54,773 bases of DNA from an archaeon. GTDB lineage: Archaea > Nanobdellota > Nanobdellia > Woesearchaeales > UBA11576. Below the pieces are notes generated by a model that did not search any database, had not been told where the DNA came from, and saw only the letters and a program-made list of their open reading frames with translations. A program made the translations under genes and the position numbers. Positions 33,804 to 41,823 of this stretch are shown here, piece after piece (positions within the stretch are counted from its first letter, which is position 1; each line of letters starts with the position of its first letter). The stretch is from assembly GCA_020052935.1 (NCBI GenBank), contig JAGVOD010000112.1, positions 1 to 54,773 of the forward strand, written 5' to 3'.

Positions 33804-34485
33804 TCTCTATGTTCCTCTCATGGTATTTCGACTTAAGATTCTTGGGCGTGCCTTCAAATATGACACTGCCCTTGTCCATGACTATGATACGGTCTGAAAG
33901 ATGCTCTGTCTCGATGAGATTATGAGTGACCAACAGTATTGTGGTGCCTTTCTTCTTCACTTCTTCGACGACTTCCCAAAGCGTGACTCTCGACATAGGA
34001 TCTACGCCAGCTTCTGGCTCGTCTAGAATCAGGATCCTCGGGTCATGCATCATCGCGATGGCCATGTTCAATCTGCGCTTCATACCTCCGCTGAGGTCTT
34101 TCGCCAATGTATTGCGCTTGTGGTCCAGCTTCAGCAGCTTCAGAAGCTCGTCTGCCTTGCTCTTCGCCTCGCTGCGTTCTACATCATTCAGGTTGCCGAA
34201 GTAGATAAGATTCTCTATAAGCTTGAGGTTGCCATAGAAACTGTCTTCCTGCGGAGCCCAGCCGATTACCCTCGAGCGGTCCTTCTGCTTCATAGGCCTG
34301 CCTGCGTAATTGACACTGCCAGAAGTCTCAGACTGGAAACCGACTATTATCTTTATCACAGTGGTCTTGCCGCAGCCATTCGTGCCTAGAAGAGAGACAA
34401 GCTCACCTTCCTTCAGGTCGAAAGAGACTCCATGAAGCGCAGTAAAGTCGCCGAACTTCTTGGTTATGTTTTTGACTTCGAGCAT
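33772..34485 (-). CDS. ABC transporter ATP-binding protein
   Basis: Walker A GTNGCGKTT, signature LSGGMKRRL and Walker B ILILDEP. I start at Met19 (34485) because the upstream codons lie in the repeat element. Confidence 0.9.
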   Translation of the reverse strand: MLEVKNITKKFGDFTALHGVSFDLKEGELVSLLGTNGCGKTTVIKIIVGFQSETSGSVNYAGRPMKQKDRSRVIGWAPQEDSFYGNLKLIENLIYFGNLNDVERSEAKSKADELLKLLKLDHKRNTLAKDLSGGMKRRLNMAIAMMHDPRILILDEPEAGVDPMSRVTLWEVVEEVKKKGTTILLVTHNLIETEHLSDRIIVMDKGSVIFEGTPKNLKSKYHERNIENAFKRAVEKR

Positions 34486-34508
34486 GGTGTATCCTATTCT
34501 CATTTTTT

Positions 34509-34645
34509 GCAGCGACAAAACCTGACTCGACTCGCTCACTGCCTTCGCGAGTCTCGTGATGCCAAGCGCTGCGTAACCAGTCGTGTCGAACAGTTCGACA
34601 TTTGCATTCAGCAGCGCAAACTGGCATCACCGGTTTTGTCGCTGC
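34509..34645. repeat. scaffold element, GC-rich subfamily 2 (copy d), rod-like
   Basis: Terminal helix GCAGCGACAAAACC (34509-34522) / GGTTTTGTCGCTGC (34632-34645). Side hairpin GACTCGC..GCGAGTC. Inner helices GTGATGCC/GGCATCAC and GCGCTGC/GCAGCGC. Apical hairpin GTCGAA-CAG-TTCGAC. Confidence 0.7.
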
Positions 34646-34659
34646 TGGTGATAATAAAA

Positions 34660-35571
34660 TTACATCGCCTTCAGTCTTCTTATCCTCTCGTCGATGTCAG
34701 GATGCGTAGCGAACATGCTCGCGACAAAGCTCTTCGTCTTCCTGAAAGGCGTCGAGATGAACAAGTGAGCAGTGGCTTTGTTCGCGTTATCTACTAAGGG
34801 GTCGGGGTCCTTCTTTATCTTTTCCAAGGCTGAAGCCAAGCCTGGAGGATAGCGTGTGAGAAGAGCGCCGTTCGCGTCTGCGAGGAACTCGCGCTTGCGC
34901 GAGATCGCCAGCTTTATCAGCTGGGCGATGAACGGAGCGAGTATCGCGAGAACGATGCCGACGACTATCAATATAAGACCCAACTGGCCCATGTCTTTCC
35001 TATCATCAGACCTGTGTCCGCCGAAGATGAAACTCCTGAGCATGAAGTCAGACATCAGCGTGACTATCCCCACCAGGACTGCAGCCAGCATCATCATCCT
35101 GATGTCAAAGTTCTTGATGTGCGACATCTCATGCGCGACAACGCCCTCGAGCTCCTGCCTGTTCAGGACATTCATCAATCCTGTGGTGACTGTTATCGAC
35201 GCGTGCTCAGGGTCGCGGCCTGTAGCGAACGCATTCAAGGCAGAGTCGTCTATCACGTAGCACTTCGGCACAGGAATGTTCGCTGCCAGCGAAAGGCCTT
35301 CAACAGTGTGATAAAGATGAGGATATTCCTTCTTCGTAACAGGCTTGGCGCCGCTCATGCTGAGAATCATCTTGTCGCCGGAATAATACGCGATGAGGCC
35401 ATAGATGATGCCTATTATCAGAGCTATGGCAAGGCCAAGATACATTGAGCCTAGGAAGATGCCGAACAGCGCGCCAAGGACACCGATAAGTACTATGAAG
35501 AATATGAACAGGAGCCAAGACTTGATCTTGTTGGCCCTTACACTCTCAAATATGTTGATGTGAGATGCCAT
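34660..35571 (-). CDS. htpX: HtpX-family M48 zinc metalloprotease
   Basis: HEMSHIKNFD zinc motif, EFLADANGALLT, and four TM helices. Confidence 0.9.
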   Translation of the reverse strand: MASHINIFESVRANKIKSWLLFIFFIVLIGVLGALFGIFLGSMYLGLAIALIIGIIYGLIAYYSGDKMILSMSGAKPVTKKEYPHLYHTVEGLSLAANIPVPKCYVIDDSALNAFATGRDPEHASITVTTGLMNVLNRQELEGVVAHEMSHIKNFDIRMMMLAAVLVGIVTLMSDFMLRSFIFGGHRSDDRKDMGQLGLILIVVGIVLAILAPFIAQLIKLAISRKREFLADANGALLTRYPPGLASALEKIKKDPDPLVDNANKATAHLFISTPFRKTKSFVASMFATHPDIDERIRRLKAM

Positions 35572-35601
35572 TTTTTAATAAAAAAGAGAAAATAAAAAAA
35601 T

Positions 35602-36159
35602 TCAGTCGAACTTGACCTTGACGACCTTCTTCTCCTCTGCAGAGGCCTCGAAAGACTCCTTCTGCGTGAAGTGGAACCAGCCTGCAAAGACATTGTTCGG
35701 GAAGACCTGGATCTTGTTGTTGAACTCCATCACCAAGTCGTTGTAGAGCTGCCTTGCATAAGATATCTTGTTCTCAGTGCCTGTCAGCTCTTCCTGCAGC
35801 TGCATGAAGTTCTCATTCGCCTTGAGCTGAGGATAATTCTCAGAGACCGCGAACAAGGTCTTCAAGGTATCAGTCATCATGTTCGATGCCTTGGCCTTCT
35901 CCTTCATCGAACCTGCGTCCATGAAAGCAGTCCTTGCCTTGGTGACGTCTGTCAAGACGCCTTTCTCATGCTTCATGTAGCCCTTCACAGACTCAATCAG
36001 GTTCGGGATAAGGTCCGCGCGCCTCTTGAGCTGCACATCTATCTGCGCCCAGGCATTCTTCACCTGGTTGTTCAGCCTGATGACACTGTTGTACAGAACT
36101 ATCAAGAACAGTATCAGGACTGCTGCTATAATGCCTATAATAAGTCCTAATGCCATCAA
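35602..36159 (-). CDS. lemA: LemA family protein
   Basis: N-terminal TM plus NSVIRLNNQVKNAWAQIDVQLKRRADLIPNLIESVKGY. It sits in the classic LemA-HtpX gene pair. Confidence 0.9.
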   Translation of the reverse strand: MMALGLIIGIIAAVLILFLIVLYNSVIRLNNQVKNAWAQIDVQLKRRADLIPNLIESVKGYMKHEKGVLTDVTKARTAFMDAGSMKEKAKASNMMTDTLKTLFAVSENYPQLKANENFMQLQEELTGTENKISYARQLYNDLVMEFNNKIQVFPNNVFAGWFHFTQKESFEASAEEKKVVKVKFD

Positions 36160-36226
36160 AACACCCCCATGTTATTATGATTTAAAAACAGATGTGGTAT
36201 TTATTTATAAAGCTTGTGGAACAGAT

Positions 36227-36389
36227 GGCTCTGTCCCAAGACTCGCTTCGCTCGGGCAGCGCCAGGTTCGGCTAAGTGATTATTCTGCTGAAAGCCCTGT
36301 CCCCCCGTAGGGGGCGACCCCCGACGACGGGCGCTATGTCATTGTAGAAAAGCCTCACAAAGGGCGCTGCCTCCTCTTGGGACAGAGCC
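36227..36389. mobile_element. MITE-like scaffold element (subfamily 2, copy a): 15-bp perfect TIR plus 9-bp flanking direct repeat
   Basis: TIR GGCTCTGTCCCAAGA (36227-36241) / TCTTGGGACAGAGCC (36375-36389). GGAACAGAT sits immediately outside both ends (36218-36226 and 36390-36398). Inner helix GGCAGCGCC (36255-36263) / GGCGCTGCC (36363-36371). Confidence 0.7.
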
Positions 36390-36481
36390 GGAACAGATGC
36401 TGCCAAGAAAACCGCCACAGCCACCTTGGTGCTCAGCAAGAAGTAGATAGGTATTTAAACAATAATTGTTTGGATAGGACT

Positions 36482-36946
36482 ATGAGAAAAAAGCATCTGT
36501 TTTTGGGTGTCATGATTGTCCTGGCCGTTCTCATAATTTCAGTCATTTACATCTTCAGTTCTCAGCAGAATCCTCAGCCGCAACTGGTTGATGGAGACTT
36601 ATCCGTCAGATTAGATATCCATGACAGCCTGCCAAAATCAATCCTTATCCAAAACGACGGGACCGTGACATTCACAGAAGGCGGAAAGACAGAACAGGCA
36701 ACGATCCCCGCAGAGGAAGCCGTATCACTGAAGCAGTCTATCCAGGAAAGCGATTTCTTCTCCCTGGATGAGAGATACGAAGGCTCGGGCTGCTGCGACT
36801 TCGTCGCCCACACTATCATTGTGACAATAGGAAACACCAACCATTCGGTCTATTGCTATAACGGATGTCCTGCAGAGTTCGATATGATCAAGGACAGGAT
36901 AGAAAACGCCTGGCCCAAAAAGATAGAATACTCGGGATTCTCATGA
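36482..36946 (+). CDS. membrane-anchored hypothetical protein (154 aa)
   Basis: MRKKHLFLGVMIVLAVLIISVIYIF anchor. I start at Met36 of the track ORF because the upstream codons lie in the MITE region. Confidence 0.5.
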   Translation: MRKKHLFLGVMIVLAVLIISVIYIFSSQQNPQPQLVDGDLSVRLDIHDSLPKSILIQNDGTVTFTEGGKTEQATIPAEEAVSLKQSIQESDFFSLDERYEGSGCCDFVAHTIIVTIGNTNHSVYCYNGCPAEFDMIKDRIENAWPKKIEYSGFS

Positions 36947-38982
36947 TCCAATATAAACTGCCAATCAAAAAGGAAAATGCTGCTGAAGACACAGAACAGC
37001 AGATGAAGAAGGCTGTGAACGGCGAGGTAGTGATTGTCGCGGTCTTCCTTGTCCTGGCAACTATTGCCTCTGTGTACTTCCAGAGGAGCCCGATGAGGAT
37101 ATTCCTCTTTTTCCTCCTGAACCTTGCTATATCTCTGGTGCTTGTACTATCAGGCTACGGCCTCGAGAAGTTCAGGGTTTTAAGGTTGCAGCGCTGGGCC
37201 GAGGAGAAAAGCACGCTCGTCGCGACGCTGAAGGTTTTCTTCAGCTACATCCTTGCCATCATTGGCGCGCTTGTCTGGCTGGCGATTTTAACAGGGTTCG
37301 TAGGGCTCCAGTTTTACATGGCATGGCATGCCCGCACTGAGATAAGGATTGACTCGCTCAGCACGTATTCCGCGATGCCTACGGAACTGCTGACCATAAG
37401 AGGAGCAGGGCTTGCTGCAGAACCTTCTGACAGATATATAATCGTGAGGTTTTTTGATGATGCTGGCTATGATGTCGTTGTGCTTGTGCCAGGATCAGAA
37501 AAATCTGTTGCGAAAGTGTCTGTCCCACTGTACATCGACCCCAAGACAGGAGCGATCCGCTCCGGCATGGTAAATGTCCAGGTCATACGCTACTCATCCA
37601 AATATGAGAATGCATCGAATATAGTCCAAGGGTTCGAGATACAGGACCTGCCTGCTCTGGACTGGCCTGCAGGCACAATCACCCTTGAATACATCACGAA
37701 GCTGTCAGAAGCTATCGATTCCACCATAAAGAAAATCGACACTGTAAATTCACAGGTTAAGTTCTCAACATCAGACCTACGTAACGTCCTTAAAAAGCAG
37801 AAGTCCCTGATGACCACCATGAAATCGCAGGTGAGCGGCATCATGCAGGACCCTGCCAAGTCATACGCCCTCGGGGAGTTCAGGGGACTCGCGCTCAACC
37901 TCGACAAGGATAGCCTGGCGGTCTCAGACAGGCTGATAGCTGCGTATGTTTCACAGATGTCCAACTCCGGCCAGACAGGGAATGAGGCTCTTCTGTCAGG
38001 CACTGACATGATTTCGCACGGGATGAGGACAGGCCTGAGGATGCTGGCAGAGAGCGAGATAGCAACGATGGTATCTGCATATGACGCCCCTGAGCTGGTT
38101 GTAAGCAACCAGGTCGATCGCATGATAACAAGCATAGGAGAAGGCATCAAGGCAAATAGCGAATCTATGAAGAGCTTAGGCGGGAACATGATGGCCACGG
38201 CAACTTTCATCGCATTATTTCCAGGAGGCCAGGCTCCGGCAATCGCATTAGCAAGCCTTGGCGCCACTATGTACTTCACAGGCCTTACTGCACACACAGG
38301 CATCATTGCTGCAATCCACACTTCAGTAGACGGACTTATCAGGAAGGATCCCCAGTTCACCCAGACAAGAAATGATGTCAATGAATATGTGGGAGAAGTG
38401 TTCTTCAATGGAATCGGCGCAGCAGCCACAACTCTCCCGCCAGAGAGGATCAACGTGCCTGCGAGTCTAATGATCGATTCCGTATCCCTGGTCAAATCAG
38501 GCATGGACGCTCTAGGCAATTTCAACAAGAACGCACAGGAGTCTCTCGGCCAGGGAAGACCTGACGACACTTCAGATCAAGCACCTGCTCAGACCCAGGG
38601 AGACACTGCGAGCCAGGAGAAGCCAGGCTATAACCTCCTGATGGTCGGCGTGGAAGGAGAAGGAGCAATAACAAGCGACCCTGCAGGCATAACGTGCAGG
38701 GGAGACTGCACAGAATACTATCCTGAAAACTCGTTGGTAACGCTCTACACCTATCCTAACGCAGGATACGAATTCACGGGCTGGAGAGGGGCGTGCTCAG
38801 GAAAAGGTGACTGCACCGTGAAGATGCTCAAGGACTGGTCTATCATCGGCACCTTCACCAAGAAAGCCTGCCCCGCGGGTGCCGTGATGTGCGGCAGCAG
38901 CTGCTGCGGACCGGGATACACCTGCTGCAATACGAAATGCACCATAGGGACATGGGACTGCGACTCAATCGCAGGCATCTAA
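36943..38982 (+). CDS. large membrane protein (679 aa) with C-terminal InlB-B-repeat-like beta domain and Cys-rich tail
   Basis: ATGA start/stop overlap with the upstream gene. N-terminal TM helices. The C-terminal LMVGVEGEGAITSDPAGITCRGDCTEYYPENSLVTLYTYPNAGYEFTGWRGACSG matches the divergent InlB B-repeat pattern and is followed by CGSSCCGPGYTCCNTKC. Confidence 0.65.
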   Translation: MIQYKLPIKKENAAEDTEQQMKKAVNGEVVIVAVFLVLATIASVYFQRSPMRIFLFFLLNLAISLVLVLSGYGLEKFRVLRLQRWAEEKSTLVATLKVFFSYILAIIGALVWLAILTGFVGLQFYMAWHARTEIRIDSLSTYSAMPTELLTIRGAGLAAEPSDRYIIVRFFDDAGYDVVVLVPGSEKSVAKVSVPLYIDPKTGAIRSGMVNVQVIRYSSKYENASNIVQGFEIQDLPALDWPAGTITLEYITKLSEAIDSTIKKIDTVNSQVKFSTSDLRNVLKKQKSLMTTMKSQVSGIMQDPAKSYALGEFRGLALNLDKDSLAVSDRLIAAYVSQMSNSGQTGNEALLSGTDMISHGMRTGLRMLAESEIATMVSAYDAPELVVSNQVDRMITSIGEGIKANSESMKSLGGNMMATATFIALFPGGQAPAIALASLGATMYFTGLTAHTGIIAAIHTSVDGLIRKDPQFTQTRNDVNEYVGEVFFNGIGAAATTLPPERINVPASLMIDSVSLVKSGMDALGNFNKNAQESLGQGRPDDTSDQAPAQTQGDTASQEKPGYNLLMVGVEGEGAITSDPAGITCRGDCTEYYPENSLVTLYTYPNAGYEFTGWRGACSGKGDCTVKMLKDWSIIGTFTKKACPAGAVMCGSSCCGPGYTCCNTKCTIGTWDCDSIAGI

Positions 38983-39011
38983 ATGAACTGAAGGCTGGTG
39001 CTGACCAGATG

Positions 39012-39461
39012 TCATCCGTTGAACTGCTCAGAGAAATAGAGCTTCTCGCTTCTTTTGCATATCCCCCAGCAATAATTCACAGAAGAATAGCAGCAGTCAA
39101 AGGTGTATTTCTCTATCCCATAACAATCGCAGTATATATCTTTTGACGCGCCGACATCCCCAAGGCTGTAGTCCGCGATTTTTGGTATCAGGAAATAGAC
39201 CAGCACCACTGCAACAATCACTATCATCAGCACCTTCTTGTCCTTGAGATTGGATACTATCAGGCACCCTGCGACGTAAGCGAACGCCAGATTAAGAAGC
39301 ACTGAAACAGAAAGCGTCTCCATGCTGAAGAAAGGCCAGGCCATGATGCTCTTGCTGAACAGAGGGAAGAACCAGAGGAAGATGGCGAAAGCGACAGCGA
39401 CCAATACCTTTATCTTATCAGGCATGAACAAGTCGCGGAATCTTTTGCTCTTGGGTTTCAT
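39012..39461 (-). CDS. membrane protein with Cys-rich C-terminus (149 aa from Met61; track ORF extends to 39641)
   Basis: Three TM helices, then CDCYGIEKYTFDCCYSSVNYCWGIC. The long form would share a CATG with the divergent PIN gene start, so the shorter start is preferred. Confidence 0.5.
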   Translation of the reverse strand: MKPKSKRFRDLFMPDKIKVLVAVAFAIFLWFFPLFSKSIMAWPFFSMETLSVSVLLNLAFAYVAGCLIVSNLKDKKVLMIVIVAVVLVYFLIPKIADYSLGDVGASKDIYCDCYGIEKYTFDCCYSSVNYCWGICKRSEKLYFSEQFNG

Positions 39462-39639
39462 TTTGAGCAAGTGCTGATTGCTGACTTTATAAATGTTTTT
39501 GACACTATTCAATAGCAGGCCAGCGTCTTCTGGGTCAAGCTGTCTTCCAATAAATCTTCCTCTTCCAAACTCTGTTCGGAAACCTTCCGGTTTTCTCGAC
39601 GACAAACTTATTAAGCGGCGATGATTATCATATCCGGGC

Positions 39640-40056
39640 ATGAACGAAAGATATTACTTGGACACTGCATTATGGGTTGATATCTGCGAAGACAGAACAG
39701 GATACTGCGGCGAGGACCTTGGAGAGTCTCCACTAAAACTCCTCATCATACTGAAAACCAAAAAACATAGGTTAGTAATCACGGATGTCCTGGTGCGGGA
39801 ACTCGAGAGCACATATTCTACGGAAGAGCTGAATGGGATATTCGCACCATTTGAGGATATTCTGGATAGAATCCGCGTCACGAAGGAACAGATGGAAGAG
39901 GCCAAAAAGCTGGCCAAAGACCTTGATGTCCCTCCAGGGGACGCTTTGCACGCAATAATCGCGCGTGACAGCAAGCTCGTGCTGGTCGCCAGAGACAACC
40001 ACTTCAGGAAATTGAGAAGCATTTCAGAATACTACACGCCCGAAGAACTCATTTAA
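39640..40056 (+). CDS. PIN-domain (VapC-like) nuclease
   Basis: Acidic residues sit in PIN positions (YYLDT.., VLVRELES, GDALHAIIARDSKLVLVARDNHF). Confidence 0.7.
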   Translation: MNERYYLDTALWVDICEDRTGYCGEDLGESPLKLLIILKTKKHRLVITDVLVRELESTYSTEELNGIFAPFEDILDRIRVTKEQMEEAKKLAKDLDVPPGDALHAIIARDSKLVLVARDNHFRKLRSISEYYTPEELI

Positions 40057-40315
40057 GTTTTCTGTCAAATTCTTCGAAGACTTTCTGCCTTATCTCCTCA
40101 AGCTCCTTGTCGGTCGTCTGCCTGCCTTTCCTCAAAGACCCCTTTAGATGGGCAAGTTCAGACATCGCCTGCTTAAGCTTGACTGTATCTACTTTCTCCC
40201 TAAGCGCCGTCCTGATGAACTCTGTCCTGTTCTGGAAGCCAGCACTCTTCGCTACGTTGTCAACTTCTTTGATGAACTTGTCATCTGCCTTGAATGTGAT
40301 TAGCTCGGTTGCCAT
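40049..40315 (-). CDS. ribbon-helix-helix (CopG/Arc/MetJ-like) DNA-binding protein
   Basis: ITFKADDKFIKEVDNVAKSAGFQNRTEFIRTALREKV is an RHH pattern. Its 3' end overlaps the PIN gene 3' end by 8 nt (convergent). Confidence 0.65.
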   Translation of the reverse strand: MATELITFKADDKFIKEVDNVAKSAGFQNRTEFIRTALREKVDTVKLKQAMSELAHLKGSLRKGRQTTDKELEEIRQKVFEEFDRKLK

Positions 40316-40321
40316 ATTAAC

Positions 40322-40335
40322 AGTGTATATACACT
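40322..40335. promoter_or_regulatory. perfect 14-bp palindrome AGTGTATATACACT between TATA box and RHH start (candidate operator)
   Basis: The palindrome lies 7-20 nt upstream of ATG 40315. TTTATATA (reverse complement of 40341-40348) lies just upstream of it. Confidence 0.45.
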
Positions 40336-40357
40336 AGAAATATATAAATGTTTCTTT

Positions 40358-41488
40358 TCAGAACGCAGTGATGGTGCGCTGGCTCCAGCCATTGACCTTT
40401 ATGAAAGGGTCTGCGCGGTGAAGGATGGCACCTGCTTCGTGCAGCTGTTCGCGTTTGAGATTGGGTGTGCTCTTCCTCAGCTCCACTATTTTCTGCGCTG
40501 TCTTCGGGCCGATGCCTGGAACTCTGAGAAGTTCTTCTTTTGTCGCGCTGCTGACATCTATCGGCTGGGTGAGGAATTTCTTTGCATGGATTGTCTTTGG
40601 GTCTTCGTTAGGCAGCATGCCGTTGTCATTCAGGATCTCTTTTATCTCATTGAACTCGTAGCCATACTTGCGATAGAGCCAATCGACATTGTACAACCTG
40701 TGGGCGCGCCACTTCGGCGCTGCTTCACGCGCTTCGAACGGAGTGCTGCTGATAGGGTTGAACGGAGAGTAATACATCCTGTGCAAATCCATGTTGTCAT
40801 ACTCCCAGCGCATCATGTTCAGCACTTCCGCGTCTGTTTCGCCTGCAGCGCCGACGACTAACTGTGTCGATTGTCCTGATGGAGGAGACATGCCTTTTAT
40901 CCACGCTTGCCTACGGAGGATATCTGACTTGAATGTCTTTATGCTGGTGAATTCGTTTATACGCTGAGCGCTCGTGGCTTCGATATTGATGGACATCCTC
41001 GTCGCGTATCTTCTCGCCTCCCTTACTTTGTCGTAGCTGACGCCTGGCAAGACCTTGAAGTGGATGTAGCCTTTGAAGTTGTATTTCTGGCGGACTAACT
41101 TGACTGTCTCCAGCATCTTGTCTGTGGTGAAGTCAGCATCCTTCACTATCCCTGAGCTGATGAAAAGCCCTTCGATGTCGTGGTTCTTGTGGAGATGCAT
41201 GAACACCTTTGCTAATTCATCTGGCTCGTACATGAACTTTGCATTCTGCTTGGTGCATCTTGTAGAGTTCTGGCAATAATTGCAGTCATGCGTGCAGGAA
41301 TTAGTCATCAAGGTCTTGAATATCTTGACTGTCTTGCCATCTGTGATGTGAGAAGTATATATTCCTCCGAGCGTAGCTTGCTGGATGGCATCCTCTGTGT
41401 ATTTCTCCCTGGCTTTCTGGGTCGTGCACTCGCACGCCAAGTCAAAACGGCCTGCATCGCTCAAGTGGCGGACTTTATTGAGATCCAT
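40358..41488 (-). CDS. radical SAM protein of the putative DNA modification/repair family, with C-terminal helix-hairpin-helix
   Basis: CTHDCNYCQN cluster motif and C-terminal LLRVPGIGPKTAQKIVELRK HhH. Overall length and order are as in the TIGR03916-type family. Confidence 0.75.
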   Translation of the reverse strand: MDLNKVRHLSDAGRFDLACECTTQKAREKYTEDAIQQATLGGIYTSHITDGKTVKIFKTLMTNSCTHDCNYCQNSTRCTKQNAKFMYEPDELAKVFMHLHKNHDIEGLFISSGIVKDADFTTDKMLETVKLVRQKYNFKGYIHFKVLPGVSYDKVREARRYATRMSINIEATSAQRINEFTSIKTFKSDILRRQAWIKGMSPPSGQSTQLVVGAAGETDAEVLNMMRWEYDNMDLHRMYYSPFNPISSTPFEAREAAPKWRAHRLYNVDWLYRKYGYEFNEIKEILNDNGMLPNEDPKTIHAKKFLTQPIDVSSATKEELLRVPGIGPKTAQKIVELRKSTPNLKREQLHEAGAILHRADPFIKVNGWSQRTITAF

Positions 41489-41560
41489 ATATAGAATACT
41501 GACTTTGAGGGTTTAAATAGCTCATCCGAGAATGTCTAGTGGGGAGTGGAAGAAAACTGT

Positions 41561-41701
41561 CTAAGAAGAGGATTTCTGCCTGTGCAGCTTCATAGGATAT
41601 ACCCTGCCGTGCTTGATGTCATCCAATGAGCGGAGCAGAGACTTTATAGTGTCTATCTCCTGGCGGAGTTCTGCTTTCAGTTGTTTTTCAGTCTTATGCA
41701 T
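41561..41701 (-). CDS. possible 46-aa coiled-coil micro-protein (candidate antitoxin-like partner)
   Basis: MHKTEKQLKAELRQEIDTIKSLLRSLDDIKHGRVYPMKLHRQKSSS. It overlaps the preceding micro-ORF and is below the track cutoff. Confidence 0.25.
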   Translation of the reverse strand: MHKTEKQLKAELRQEIDTIKSLLRSLDDIKHGRVYPMKLHRQKSSS

Positions 41702-41823
41702 CTTACCCTCGGAAGCTTCTGCTCATCTGCAAGCTCGTCCCACCTGTTTTGGAGTTCGGCCTTCAGCTTATCCCTTTCTTTTTTCAGGTTTCGCAGTTCT
41801 TTGTCCATATCTTCAATCATCAT
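41677..41823 (-). CDS. possible 48-aa coiled-coil micro-protein overlapping the RelE-like gene 3' end
   Basis: MMIEDMDKELRNLKKERDKLKAELQNRWDELADEQKLPRVRCIRLKNN. Its start overlaps the toxin gene end by 11 nt. Confidence 0.25.
   Translation of the reverse strand: MMIEDMDKELRNLKKERDKLKAELQNRWDELADEQKLPRVRCIRLKNN

Noticed and set aside
37590-38570. 326-aa antisense ORF inside the 679-aa membrane protein gene, and similar shadow ORFs (for example 1726-2364, 22136-22687, 25655-26197, 30769-31257)
   Set aside because: These are typical shadow frames of moderately GC-rich coding DNA. Each lies entirely within a better-supported gene on the opposite strand or in another frame.
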